From NCBI GenBank assembly GCA_048882485.1, contig JBHLRP010000016.1:1-18372 (forward strand): a stretch of 18,372 nucleotides of DNA, written 5' to 3'. Source of the DNA: Candidatus Thorarchaeota archaeon. Its GTDB lineage: Archaea > Asgardarchaeota > Thorarchaeia > Thorarchaeales > Thorarchaeaceae. The notes below the pieces were generated by a model. That model was not told the DNA's origin. It was given only the letters and a program-made list of their open reading frames with translations, and made no database searches. Made by a program: the position numbers and the translations under genes. Shown here in pieces: positions 1 to 11,300 of the stretch (its first letter is position 1; every line of letters starts with the position of its first letter).

Positions 1-260
1 ACTCCAAGTCGCGAAATAACTCCCATTTGGCCGCTTAACCGCACCCGCATAGTACCCACTATCTGATCTCCCACTAGTGCCACATATTGGTCACCCATTT
101 GTATGTGGCGAGAAATCTTTGATAGACCTTCGTTAAGTGCTGCAGGAGTTCGAGAAAGCTGCTTCTTCACGGGCTTATACGCTTCCACTATGATTGCTTT
201 GACGAGGTCAACCTCGCCTAGCTCAGCCCGTCTTATCATGACTTCTGCATAGTCGTACAT
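1..260 (-). CDS. GNAT-family N-acetyltransferase, N-terminal part (runs off the left edge; not in the ORF track)
   Basis: Manual translation from ATG at 260 gives 86 open codons: MYDYAEVMIRRAELGEVDLVKAIIVEAYKPVKKQLSRTPAALNEGLSKISRHIQMGDQYVALVGDQIVGTMRVRLSGQMGVISRLG. This fits the GNAT layout: IRRA beta1, two helices, YVA..GDQIVG beta hairpin, then ISRLGV beta4 just before the acetyl-CoA motif. A GAGG lies about 11 nt upstream. Confidence 0.85.
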   Translation of the reverse strand, partial: MYDYAEVMIRRAELGEVDLVKAIIVEAYKPVKKQLSRTPAALNEGLSKISRHIQMGDQYVALVGDQIVGTMRVRLSGQMGVISRLG

Positions 261-435
261 TGTGCGCGCGTCCTCATGACAGTCTCTGCCACTGTGTACA
301 TAACCACACTAACATATGAGATTTGGGGCGTGCACATTTTAGATTCATGTTTTCGGCCATCATTATCCTTTCAGTCTATTGCTTTGATAGCAGAGATTTC
401 ATTAGAGGGAGAGGCGATAGAGATAGTAGATTACA

Positions 436-921
436 ATGGATCCTGTATTTATCCAGCCAGTTAAGGATGCTGACCGAGAATGGGTACGTCGGGTTTCTAT
501 AGAGCACTGGGCGTCCGAGATTGTTGTTACAAGAAACAGCGTATATCTAGTCGAGGAACAGCCCGGGTTCATTGCTCACCTTGACGAGCAGCGCGTGGGA
601 TTGGTGACTTATAGAATAGAGTACAATCATTGTGAAATCCTCACCTTGAACAGTCTTGTACCAAGAAGAGGAATTGGTTCAATGCTCCTAGATGCCGTTG
701 AGGATGAAGCCAAGGAGCAGGATTGCAAGCGGATATGGGTGATAACAACCAACAACAATCTCGAAGCGCTGGGATTCTACCAGAAACGCGGCTATATGAT
801 AAAGACAATTCATAGCAATGCGATCGAGAAATCTAGACAGCTAAAGCCAGAAATTCCTCTTATTGCAGAAAATGGAATTCCAATTCGAGATGAGATTGAG
901 CTTGAGAAATTCCTGGACTGA
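436..921 (+). CDS. GNAT-family N-acetyltransferase (161 aa)
   Basis: Acetyl-CoA motif A (PRRGIGSMLL), followed by RIWVITTNNNLEALGFYQKRG (motif B) and a C-terminal KPEIP..NGIPIRDEIELEK segment typical of a widespread small GNAT subfamily. Confidence 0.93.
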   Translation: MDPVFIQPVKDADREWVRRVSIEHWASEIVVTRNSVYLVEEQPGFIAHLDEQRVGLVTYRIEYNHCEILTLNSLVPRRGIGSMLLDAVEDEAKEQDCKRIWVITTNNNLEALGFYQKRGYMIKTIHSNAIEKSRQLKPEIPLIAENGIPIRDEIELEKFLD

Positions 922-944
922 TTCTCTAGACAGGCACACACAGC

Positions 945-951
945 TTTATTA
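945..951 (+). promoter_or_regulatory. Candidate archaeal TATA-like box (TTTATTA) for the microprotein gene
   Basis: AT-rich box about 25 nt upstream of the SD at 977; positional inference only. Confidence 0.3.
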
Positions 952-976
952 TCTGAAATGCGTTAAGCAGACAAAC

Positions 977-984
977 AGGAGAGG
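977..984 (+). promoter_or_regulatory. Shine-Dalgarno site (AGGAGAGG)
   Basis: Lies 5 nt before the ATG at 990. Confidence 0.6.
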
Positions 985-989
985 CATCT

Positions 990-1136
990 ATGACGGACGA
1001 AGAGAAGGATGAGATTGTTGACTCTCAGAAGTTGAGCAAGAGAGACAAGCAGGAGATACAGGAGGGTGCATGCGTAAACTGCGTAGTCTTTGGAGTCATG
1101 TTCATGATTCTGTCAATTCTCGCGATGGTCCTATAG
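990..1136 (+). CDS. 48-aa tail-anchored membrane microprotein with juxtamembrane CxxC (below the ORF-track length cutoff)
   Basis: ATG at 990 to TAG at 1136: MTDEEKDEIVDSQKLSKRDKQEIQEGACVNCVVFGVMFMILSILAMVL. It has a good SD, a charged N-terminal half and a hydrophobic C-terminal helix ending at the stop, and it fills the gap between two genes. Confidence 0.75.
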   Translation: MTDEEKDEIVDSQKLSKRDKQEIQEGACVNCVVFGVMFMILSILAMVL

Positions 1137-1284
1137 GAATTGGTACAAGAACGAGAATTGGAAAGGATGATGTTTCTAGAAAAGGTACCCGCATTTTGAT
1201 AGTGGGACTTATCTGGCATAGATTTTTGTCGTATTTCTGGCAGTATTCTGCTAATAGACTAGTTTGCTGTCATAGGAAATTGGA

Positions 1285-2331
1285 GTGACGGACTTCGTGA
1301 CTGATCCTGGAGGGCCCACACCATTCGATAGGAGTGAAGGAGAAAAGGCCTTTGATGCAGGGAATGTTATAATGAGCTACACCAGAGGGGTCCTGTTGCA
1401 CCAGAGAATGAATTTAGATGATGCAATTAAGCTGCTTGAGAAATCTCTATCGTTGGCGGTCACAGGAGATATGTTTGATTATGCAATAAAAGCGCAGGTT
1501 CAACTTGCATCTGTTCATCTAAAGAGATACCAGATTCATGGTGATGAACGCGACTACAAAGCAGCATACAACTACTCTGAAAATCTAACTCAGATTGCAG
1601 AAGAACAGAATCTGGGGGCGGGGATTGTTGAGGCATTACTCCTTAGAGCAATCCTCAAGAGAACAGCGAAAGATATCATCGGAGCTAAGCATGATCTGCT
1701 TCGAGCAAAAGCCCTAGCGCTCGAAAACGAACTCACCACAGTTGTTAATGTGATTAATCGGGAGATAGATGAAGTACAAGGCCTTGAGAGGACCACCCTT
1801 GATGTCAATAGGAGTTTCGCTGAGACCCCAGATATCGAAGACAGTCTAGAGGAAGTACCAGGAGTCTTTGCTAGGCTAATGGATATGGAGTTGGCAAGAA
1901 AACCAATTGTTGTTCCAGTCAAGATCTATAGACTCGTCGTTATGCAACCAAGAGTTGGACTGCCAGTCTATACTTATGATTTTGACACTGAGATGGAAGA
2001 AGCGAGCTTTCTTGTTTATGGGCTATTATCTGCAGTCACATCTGTTGGTTCGGAGATCTTCCCCGATGCTGGACGCATTCGATCATTAGCTCATGAAGGG
2101 AAGACAGTCATTATGGAGCATGAAGGGGAGTATATGGGAGCCCTAATAGCTGAAAAGGAGAACTTCAGAGCAAGAATTTCACTTAGCAATTTCCTGAAGG
2201 GATTCAATGAAATATACCCATCTGAGAATTGGAATGGTGAAATGTTGAGTGATGAAGCAAAACAGGAAGCGGACTTCCTAATTGCAAAAACCTTCCGAAA
2301 CTTGGCCATAACAACCCAGAAAGGCGAATAG
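1285..2331 (+). CDS. TPR-like helical repeat protein with C-terminal longin-like domain (348 aa)
   Basis: aa ~28-165 form TPR-like helix pairs (YTRGVLL..DDAIKLLEKSLSLA; AQVQLASV..YKAAYNY; EALLLRAIL..GAKHDLLRAKALA). aa ~212-340 (nt ~1918-2304) follow the longin order beta-beta-alpha-beta-beta-beta-alpha-alpha: IYRLVVM..GLPVYTYDF..LVYGLLSAVTSVGSEI..IRSLAHEGKTVIME..YMGALIA..ARISLSNFLKGF..W.G..ADFLI. The GTG start is bounded by an in-frame TAG at 1273-1275. The fold is assigned by pattern recognition only. Confidence 0.75.
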   Translation: MTDFVTDPGGPTPFDRSEGEKAFDAGNVIMSYTRGVLLHQRMNLDDAIKLLEKSLSLAVTGDMFDYAIKAQVQLASVHLKRYQIHGDERDYKAAYNYSENLTQIAEEQNLGAGIVEALLLRAILKRTAKDIIGAKHDLLRAKALALENELTTVVNVINREIDEVQGLERTTLDVNRSFAETPDIEDSLEEVPGVFARLMDMELARKPIVVPVKIYRLVVMQPRVGLPVYTYDFDTEMEEASFLVYGLLSAVTSVGSEIFPDAGRIRSLAHEGKTVIMEHEGEYMGALIAEKENFRARISLSNFLKGFNEIYPSENWNGEMLSDEAKQEADFLIAKTFRNLAITTQKGE

Positions 2332-2332
2332 A

Positions 2333-5300
2333 TCAGCCTCTTGATGAACGAAATTCCATTTCTTTTTCAATCGACTCTAGAACTGTATCGATGCGGTCGA
2401 GTAACATGTCTTTCAACCGCAAACCAGCTGGCTCTGTGGGAGATTCCAACTCAAAAGCCTTAAAGAACATTCGTTTAGCTTGGGTTAATTCATCACTCAA
2501 TATCATTAAGACGTCATCACCCATATAGGAGATTTCCGCTGATAGGTCTCGCAGCCACTCAAGATGATTTACAATCTGTGCTCGCATTGTGCTGGAAATG
2601 CCAACATCCTCAAGTGATAGGAGCTCTTCAGGAGTCAGTGCATGTTCAAGTGTTGTGACTCGCCTTCGAGCTCGTGAAATGAATATAACAGCCGCAAGAC
2701 CTGCTATTCCGGCTGCTGATATGTAAAGCAACTCAGGTGGAAATTGCTGAGTAGTCCATACAACTTTTGGTATCAATCCTCTGTGATCTACCTCGACGAG
2801 TCCAAATCGGTCTCTGAACGACTCAATCATATACTCAACCAAACCAGCACTACTACTTTCGAAGGACACTTCCCATCGTTCATTATCTGGATTGTATATC
2901 GCACGTTTGCCATTTATGTTCACTAGAGTATTAGGATCTGTAATAGGTGCATCATCTGAAGAATAGCGTAGCTGGAAGTATATTGTAACATTGCTACCTA
3001 GGAGGACAGATAGCACTTCAGGTGGTTCTACCTCAACCACTAAATCTTCAGCTATATTTCTGCCTCTTACTCCAGCAGATGAAACATAGACACTATCAAA
3101 TTTCGCCGTACAGAAGATGACATCTTGATTTCTTAGTACTTGAATCTGTGAGGTGTCATCTTCGAATCCGTCCACAAAGTAGTCGAATTCACCAACAGTA
3201 TCATGAGATACTGAGATGAACCAGAATCCGCCCGAGGAGTCGTAGCTAGCTTGAGTCCCGTTTATCCATATTCTTCCTTTCAAGTCAGCAAAGAGCGTTT
3301 TGTCAAATACATAACGCATCCAAAATCTAACACGAATTGATGCTCCCAAATCACATCGTTCAGGATCGGTTTCAGTGTCAAAAATCTCGAGCTCATCCCA
3401 AATTACGTATGTTTGGTCATTGCTAATAACAACGTTGATTCCATGGATTCCACCGGTGATGGAATCTTCGCGAACAGTATATCCTCGTATTCCAATGAAG
3501 GACTGCACATATGTGGTGTCATTCAATTCCATAGTGCCATCAAAGGGAGTGCCATCGAAGGCATATACGGTGGAGTTTTCCACGGTGATTCTCATTCCCA
3601 AGCCTACTCGGTGATAGTTGACTGATAGGTCAACAATAAGACCATCCCAAATGATGCTCACTTCATCATTTGACAGAATGGTATTGATACCATAAGCGAA
3701 ATCAACAACGGACATTACTGTGAATCCATATCTCCCAACTGTATTCTGTACTAGAGACTGATTGAATATCAGGTTTCCATCAAATTGGCTGCCATCAAAG
3801 GCATACACAGCATCAATATCAAGGACTGTGAGTGCTGATTCATAGACATTTATTCTTTCATCGATGACATTCAGAGTAATATTCACTGCATCCCATATCA
3901 TGTATGGTGCGGAAATATCCATTTGGTAGTATGCCGCTCCAGCAACCTCCATATCTGTAACTAGCCAGTGGCGGTAAAGGACAGATAAACTGGAATTCGT
4001 GAAGGTTACCCACCCAGTTTCGTTAATGATATGCGGCGTTGAGTTCACGTATAATAGACCAGTTACTACTGGACTGCTGTTTTCACGCCATATACAATGG
4101 AAGTAAATGTAGACTAATGTCCCTATATTCACCCGATTTACCGGTCCATCTCCATCACTCACAAAAGCATCATCAACTTCGACTACGGGAGCATTAGTCC
4201 AAAATACCTCAATCATAAAAGTGTCGAATTCTGAAATTCCATATAGACTATCTTGGGCAGAAACCACGAGATATTGATATCGAGCATCTGGTGGTCCATT
4301 CCAAGTGTCACTGAAATTGCCATTCTTGGTTTCCGTTCCATTTCTTAATGTTTGAATTGTTAGACTCATAACTCTGCCGCCATCATATTGATAGGTTGCA
4401 GTCACGGTGAAATATACTAATTCATCATAGTATGCTACCGAGGAATCAGATACAATGATGACATTCATTTTGTCCCATATGATGGACATAGGACTCATTT
4501 GCTCGCCTATTTGAGTTAAACCATATAGAAGATCATTAACAGCCGACACTTGGAAGACGTAGCCAACTGGTGTAGAATAAACGAAACTATGATTCCAACG
4601 CAATAGTGCAGGATTCCAAGTCATTGCCGAGCCATTCATGTATAATGTGCCAAACGCACCCTGAAAAACCGAACCATCGTATTCATAGTCTGCTGTCACG
4701 TAGACTTGCCGTGTAGCACCTACATTCGTCCTTCCATCTACTTCATCAATCCAGTATGAGAGAATTCGCAGTCTATCCCAAATAACATAGTCTTCATCAT
4801 TGGTCCCGATTAGTGATATGCCGTAGGAGTCGCTAGAAGCAGAAGCCACGGAGTAGGCCCACCGACCCACAACTCCATGAACATTGACTGTATCATTGAG
4901 AGTCAAAATACCATCGTAAGGTAGGCCATCGTAGGCATAGACAGCACTTGCCTGAATCGAAGCAGACGAACCAACATCAATCCGTCTATCACTGATTGTG
5001 ATCGTTACTATCAACTCATCCCAGATGACGGTTTGAGATTGGGAGTTTTGGTTCACGCTTTGAATGCCATGAATGTTCCCGGAACAGGTCACAGAATCAA
5101 ATATGATACCCATGACCTCTGATTCTGTTCGAGTGTGGCGCCAGAGTCCTAGCCCAAGATGGCTGAAGCCGAATCCGTTGATAGTTACAATACCATCTTC
5201 AACTGGAGTACCATCATATTCGTAGCGCAGGATTGTATCAACCCGGATAGAATCGCCAACATTGTCTCGGGCGTCGTTTGCCGCCAAAGATAGGACAATT

Positions 5301-8300
5301 ATCTGATCCCATATACACCAAGTTTCATCGTTAGAGAGGATAGACATAATTCCATGGACATCATCACCCACTGCGCTCAGAACTGTGTAGCCCTTCTTTG
5401 TAGCAGCAGCTGAAATGAATACAGTATCATTGAGAAGAAGTGTCCCATCATAGATCGAATTGTCATAGTCATACCTTGCGCTGACAATAATTCCGGAGGC
5501 GTTTTGATTCACGTTAATTCTCTGATCTGGTGAATCTGTCATGGATATTCTAAGAGCGTCCCAAATACAGAATGTCGCATCATCAGTGGAAACTGCTGTG
5601 ATACCATGGACTCCACCAGAAATACTCTGGATGCCATACCCCTGCCTCTGAGGTGAGGCATAGGCAAACTGCGTGACATTCAATGAGAGTATGCCATCAA
5701 ATGGCGAGTTGTCATAATCATACACAGCGGTCACAAGGATGCCTGAAGCATTTGTTCCAATGTTGACCCGCTGGTCAAATGGATCGGTAATTATAATGGT
5801 CAGAGAATCCCAGATGCAATAGACCGCATCATTCAGATTGATTAGGGTAATTCCATGAGTATCATCACCAGCTGCGTTTAGAACTGTGTAACCCTTCTTT
5901 AATGCCACATCTGAAACGAATGAGGTGTCGTTTAGATTTAATGTCCCATCATAGCCCGAGTTGTCGAAGTCATATGTTGCTGTAACAACGATGCCAGATG
6001 CATTCTCGAAAATGTTAATTCTGTTGTCTATGGGACTTGCTATACTTATTGTCAAACTATCCCAGATGATACTCTGCGTCTGACTGTTCTGGTCAACCTG
6101 ATTGAGTCCATGTGATCCACCATTGTAGGCTACAGTGTTGTAGATTACTTCTTGTACTGATGACCTGCTAATCGTGATTCGCCATACGCCTCCGCCAACA
6201 TGACTAGCTGGGATGGAATTGATTGTGACTGCTCCATTTATGACAGGACTTGAGTCGGATGCGTAGATGAGAGTCACATCCAGATTGACATTAGCATTGA
6301 CATTGACTCTGGCATCATCTGGCGAATATGATTGAACCACTACTCTATCAGCAATATATGTACCCTGAACGGAAGTGTCGAAAAGATCTTGAGCTCCACT
6401 ACCCAATCCAGCTTCCACAGCTTTGATTGTTATCGTATCCAGGCCTGCTGAATCGTCAGCAAATGCGACCAAGCTGAAACTCCCTGAAACGAGCGTTGTA
6501 TCACTCCAGGGTCCAACACTAGAACCGTATCCTGAGCTCAACACCCAGACATCGGTTTCATTTGACAGAGGATTATCATCTCCCGAACCCAGATAAAGCA
6601 AAGTTCCACTCACAATGAAGCTCCCATCAAAGGGCCCGCGGTTTAACGTGCCAGAACCGTCGGAAATTGTTAGCCCTGAAATATCTAGGCGCGTTTCAAC
6701 ATCCCAATTCACTTCATAGTAGTCTTCGTCCGAATCAATACCGTCTGTGACATATTGCCTGATGTCTATGTCTGTTAAGTCAGAATGGTCCCAGTCTATC
6801 TTGATTATCCATGTCACTACAAGTTGATTGCCAGATCCTGAAGCTGATGACCATGAAGCTAATGCCACATTGCCTGCTCCTTGTTGAATTGAGAAAGAGT
6901 CGGTTGCAATAGTATATCTCAATGTCCATTCAGCTTGAATGCGAAGATCATCATATAGAGAGATTTCAACATATTGAAGCATATCATAGCCATTTCCATC
7001 ACTCACATTCGATGTTATCACATAGAATCTATACATAGCATAGAGATTGTCTGAATCGTCAGCATTTTCTAGCATCGAAAGCCCATCTGTTATGTTCACA
7101 GGAACTTCATTGGGAGCCTCAGACCAGGTGACTTTCTGGGTGGTAGTGATGAATGCGATTATTCCGAAATTGGTTTCAGAGCTGACAGAAGAAGCATTAT
7201 AATAGTAGATGGCATCAGAAGCTATGTTTCTGAAGAGAGACTTGTTGGAATCAGTGAAAGCGTACCAGTGGGTGGCATTGCGAGAGATGACCACCTCGTA
7301 GGTTGTGCAAGTTGCAGAATCATAGTCATATGTAACCGTGAGTGTGAAGTTGGCCTGCTGCCCATTGAATAGCGAAGCGCCATCTACTGCTATCTCAATT
7401 CTGAGTCTGTCCCAAATGCAGAATGTGGAATCAGGAGTCGATATGGCGGTTATGCCATAACCATCATCACCATTTGCGGTCAGGACTTCATAACCACGTT
7501 TGCCCACAGTAACATAGGCAAATTGAGTGTCGTTCAACACAAGAGTTCCATCGTAATTCGACCCATCATAATCATATACTGCACTCACTATTATGCCAGT
7601 CGCATTATCACCCACGTTCACTCGTAGGTCGGGAGGGTCAGTGATGGATATTGTAAGAGAGTCCCAAATGCAGTATGTATCGTCGTTTTGGCGAATTGCT
7701 GTGATTTCAAATGAATCATCGCCTGAGGCAAAGCTCACCGTGTAACCCTGCTTCTGCGCCGAGCCATAGCTGAATAAGGAGTTGTTTAAAACAAGTGTGC
7801 CATCATAAACAGCACCGTCAAAGTCATACCTGGCCGATACGACAATTCCTGATGCATTAGAATTCACGTCAATCCTTTGATCCAGAGGGTCAGTCATTTG
7901 GATGGTCAAGCTATCCCAAATGCAAGATGCTTCATCATTGACTTCGATCACAGTGATACCGTAAGTGTCGTCCCCACTAGCTGAACTCACATTATACCAG
8001 TGTTGTTGCGCTGACGCATAGCTGAATACCGTGTCATTCAGCATCAATGTTCCATCATAGGATGAGCCATCAAACAAGTATGTCGCTGTGGGGACTATAG
8101 ATGCAGTATCTCCAATGTTCAGTCTGTCATCAGCCACCGTGATTGTGATGGAAAGGGCATCCCAGATAATTGAAGGCTCAGCAATAGTCTGGATAGCACT
8201 TATGCCAAACTGTGTATCAGTGATTGTAGTCACTCCGAATGCGTAGCGGACTATGGTTGAGTATGTATGTAGCTGAGTCCAAACAAGATCCCCTGAATCC

Positions 8301-11300
8301 CAGGCCATGGCGGTCCCATTAAGAAACACAGTTCCCATGGCTCCAGTAAACAGGACACTATCATACTGTCGAATTACGATGGCTGTAATTTCCTGTATCG
8401 AGCCTAAATCACACCTGGAATCAGAAACTGAGTAGCTCAGCACACGCAGCTGGTCCCATATTACAGTAGCAATATCGTTTCTGCCAATCACAGTAATCCC
8501 ATAGGTATCTCCGCTTGCGGAATCCACAGTGTAAGACCTAGCACCAACAACTCCTTGTTGGAAGACTGTATCGTTAAGATCCAATGTTCCATCATACGGC
8601 GTACCATCATAGTCGTAAACAGCCGACGCAGAAACAGAAGCAACATCTCCCACATCTATTCTATAATCAATAGCGGAGATGGAGACAGTTAGAGAGTCCC
8701 AAACGCATGACACGATCATATTCTGTCGAATCGCTGTGATGCCGAAAGAATCTCCAAAAGCAGAAGCAACTGTGTAGCCCCGACGTCCAGCTGAAGCTTG
8801 CTGAAAGATAGTATCATTTAGTTGAAGAGTTCCATCATATGCGGAACCATCATAGTCATAGATGGCTGTAGGAACAATAGATGCAATTGTCCCGGTATCG
8901 ATCCTACTATCACTCACTGTAATGGTAATCGTCAGCGAATCCCAAATAATACCTTGACTCTGTGAGTTCTGGTCTACTGCTGTTATGCCATGTTGATTCG
9001 CAGCGGCAGACACTGTGTTGAAAGTTACGAATTGAGCTGTGCTTCGCATTTCAGTAAAGCCCCAAACTCCATTGGATTCAGAATAAATCGCGCTAATGCC
9101 ATTAATCCAAACAGATCCGTCGATGACAAATGAATTGTCAAAGTTGTAGATTAGAGTGACATTGCAGGAACATCCAGTATTGATGTCAATCCTTGTATCC
9201 TCAGCTGAATAGGAAATGACCACTATCTGATCCCAGATTATCGTAGTGTTGGACGTAGTAACAACCCATTGTGTGAGGCCATAGACCAATTCAGAGGCTA
9301 TGATAACATGATATCCTATTCTTTGGACAGATGCAGAGGTTTCCTGATAACGCCACCGAGTAGCCCCAGCATCCCACGCCAGAATCTTGGAGCCATTAAG
9401 TGCAGCAGAAAATCCCTTTGTAATATCTATCTCAACACCATCATATTGGTATCGTGCCTTCCACCAAGTTTCACCTACTGAATTCGTGTCGATTCGCCCA
9501 TCGACAACACCAGATTGGTAGAACTCTATTCGATCCCAGATTATATCCTGGGATTTTGAATTCAAGTTCAGTAGGTTTATGCCATATGTATCCTCATAGG
9601 CATTGGAACTGTTTACGTAATACCGCCACAAACCAACTTCTGATCTAGACGGTTGATATTCAAAGTGGTCAATGCTCCAAATCATCACATTGTTGTCCAT
9701 GTAGAGAATGTCGTCCGCGCCTAGTGGATGATTATCAAACTCAAGCACAGCGGTTACTATTATTTCAGCTGGCGATCCGTAGTCAATGCGGTCATCAGTA
9801 GTAGAAGTGGTCTGAATTAGAATTCTATCCCAGATCACATCCGTCCAAAGGACATTTGGATTCAGAGAAGAAATATCATGCGTAACTTCATTGGCCAGGG
9901 TCGAATTGACATGGAACCTCCAGAGACCGACTGCTATCTTAGAGGTCTGATACTCAAAATGGTCAGTGTTCCAACTCATCAGAGTGTCATCTAGGTAGAG
10001 TGTATCACTCGATGTCAAAATGTGGCCATCAAACTCGAGTTGTGCGGTGACAGAAACCGTAACTGTGGTACCAAGATTCACTCGATTGTCATTCGCTGTG
10101 GTTGTGGTGATCTGAATACGGTCCCATATCTGTGCCACACTAGTTCCTGCTAGATTAACGTATGAGATTCCATAGGTATCTTCGAGGGCATTTGATGCAT
10201 TTACAAAGAATATCCATTCGCCAACTTGAGCAAACTGTGGCTCATACTGGAAGTATGATCCGAGCCATATCATCTGAGTATTATTCATGTAAAGAAGATC
10301 ATCCACGCCGAGGAAGTGGCTATCAAACTCGAGTTGGGCGGTGACTCGAATATCAGCTTGAGTGTCATAGTCTATGCGCCCATCCTGCGTGGTGGTGGTG
10401 AGAACCAGAATTCTGTCCCAAATTTGGTCTACTGATTTGCCATCAATGTTCACCAAGGAAATTCCATATGTCGTTTCCATAGCATTAGAGGTGTTGACAA
10501 AATAATTCCAAGAACCCACTTCATTTCTTAATGGTTGATACTGGAAATAACTTGAAACCCATGTCATTTCGACATCATCCATGTACAGGATGTCACCGGA
10601 CGCAAGTGGATGATCATCATACTCCAATAGAGCAGTTACTTGGATATCTGCCGCAGAACCGTAGTCAATTCTATTGTCCTGAGTTGAAGTTGTGATTATT
10701 CTGATGCGGTCCCAAATGACGCTGGTAGCTTGGCTGTTGAGATTCACCAATGTTATGTCATGTGTTGATTCCAATGCGCCAGTGGAATTCGCAAAGTAGG
10801 TTAGAATATCCACAATCAAGTATGCTCCAGTTGCAAGTTCGAAGTGATCAACATTCCAAGCCATTAGTGTGTCATTGGCATAGAGAGCGTCTGCTGAACC
10901 AAGCAGATGACCATCATATTCAAGTTCAGCAGTCACGCTGATTGTGGTCGAGGTTCCATAATTGATTCGATCGTCAGCTGTTGTTGTGGTGAGGATTCTG
11001 ATTCTGTCCCATATGACACTAGATTCCCTACCATTCAGGCTCAACTCTGTGATGCCATAGGCACTCATTGTACTGGAGTTCACATAGTATGTCCATAAAC
11101 CAACAGCAGATTGCGATACATCAAGCTCAAACCAGGAGTTTCCACCATCCCACGACATAGCTTGACCCGCTAAAACGACGGTGTCGCTAGAGCCAAGGAG
11201 AGTGTTATCATACTCAAGCATGAGAGTGACTCGGATTTGGACAAGATCATCAACATTGACTCTTTCATCATCAGCCACTGTCGATTGCACTAAAATCCTA

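Noticed and set aside
276-464. 62-aa plus-strand ORF
   Set aside because: It covers the divergent promoter spacer, overlaps the GNAT start and has no recognisable protein features.
1025-1288. ORFs 1025..1219 (-) and 1070..1288 (+)
   Set aside because: Both overlap the better-supported, SD-led 990..1136 ORF and give uninformative translations.
1590-2309. ORFs 1590..1922, 1907..2089 and 2091..2309
   Set aside because: Antisense or off-frame shadows of the TPR-longin gene.
2660-2745. Archaeosortase signal (PGF-CTERM/PEF-CTERM) at FPPE-TM-RARRR
   Set aside because: There is no true PGF/PEF motif, and a 114-aa domain follows the TM instead of the protein ending at the basic cluster.
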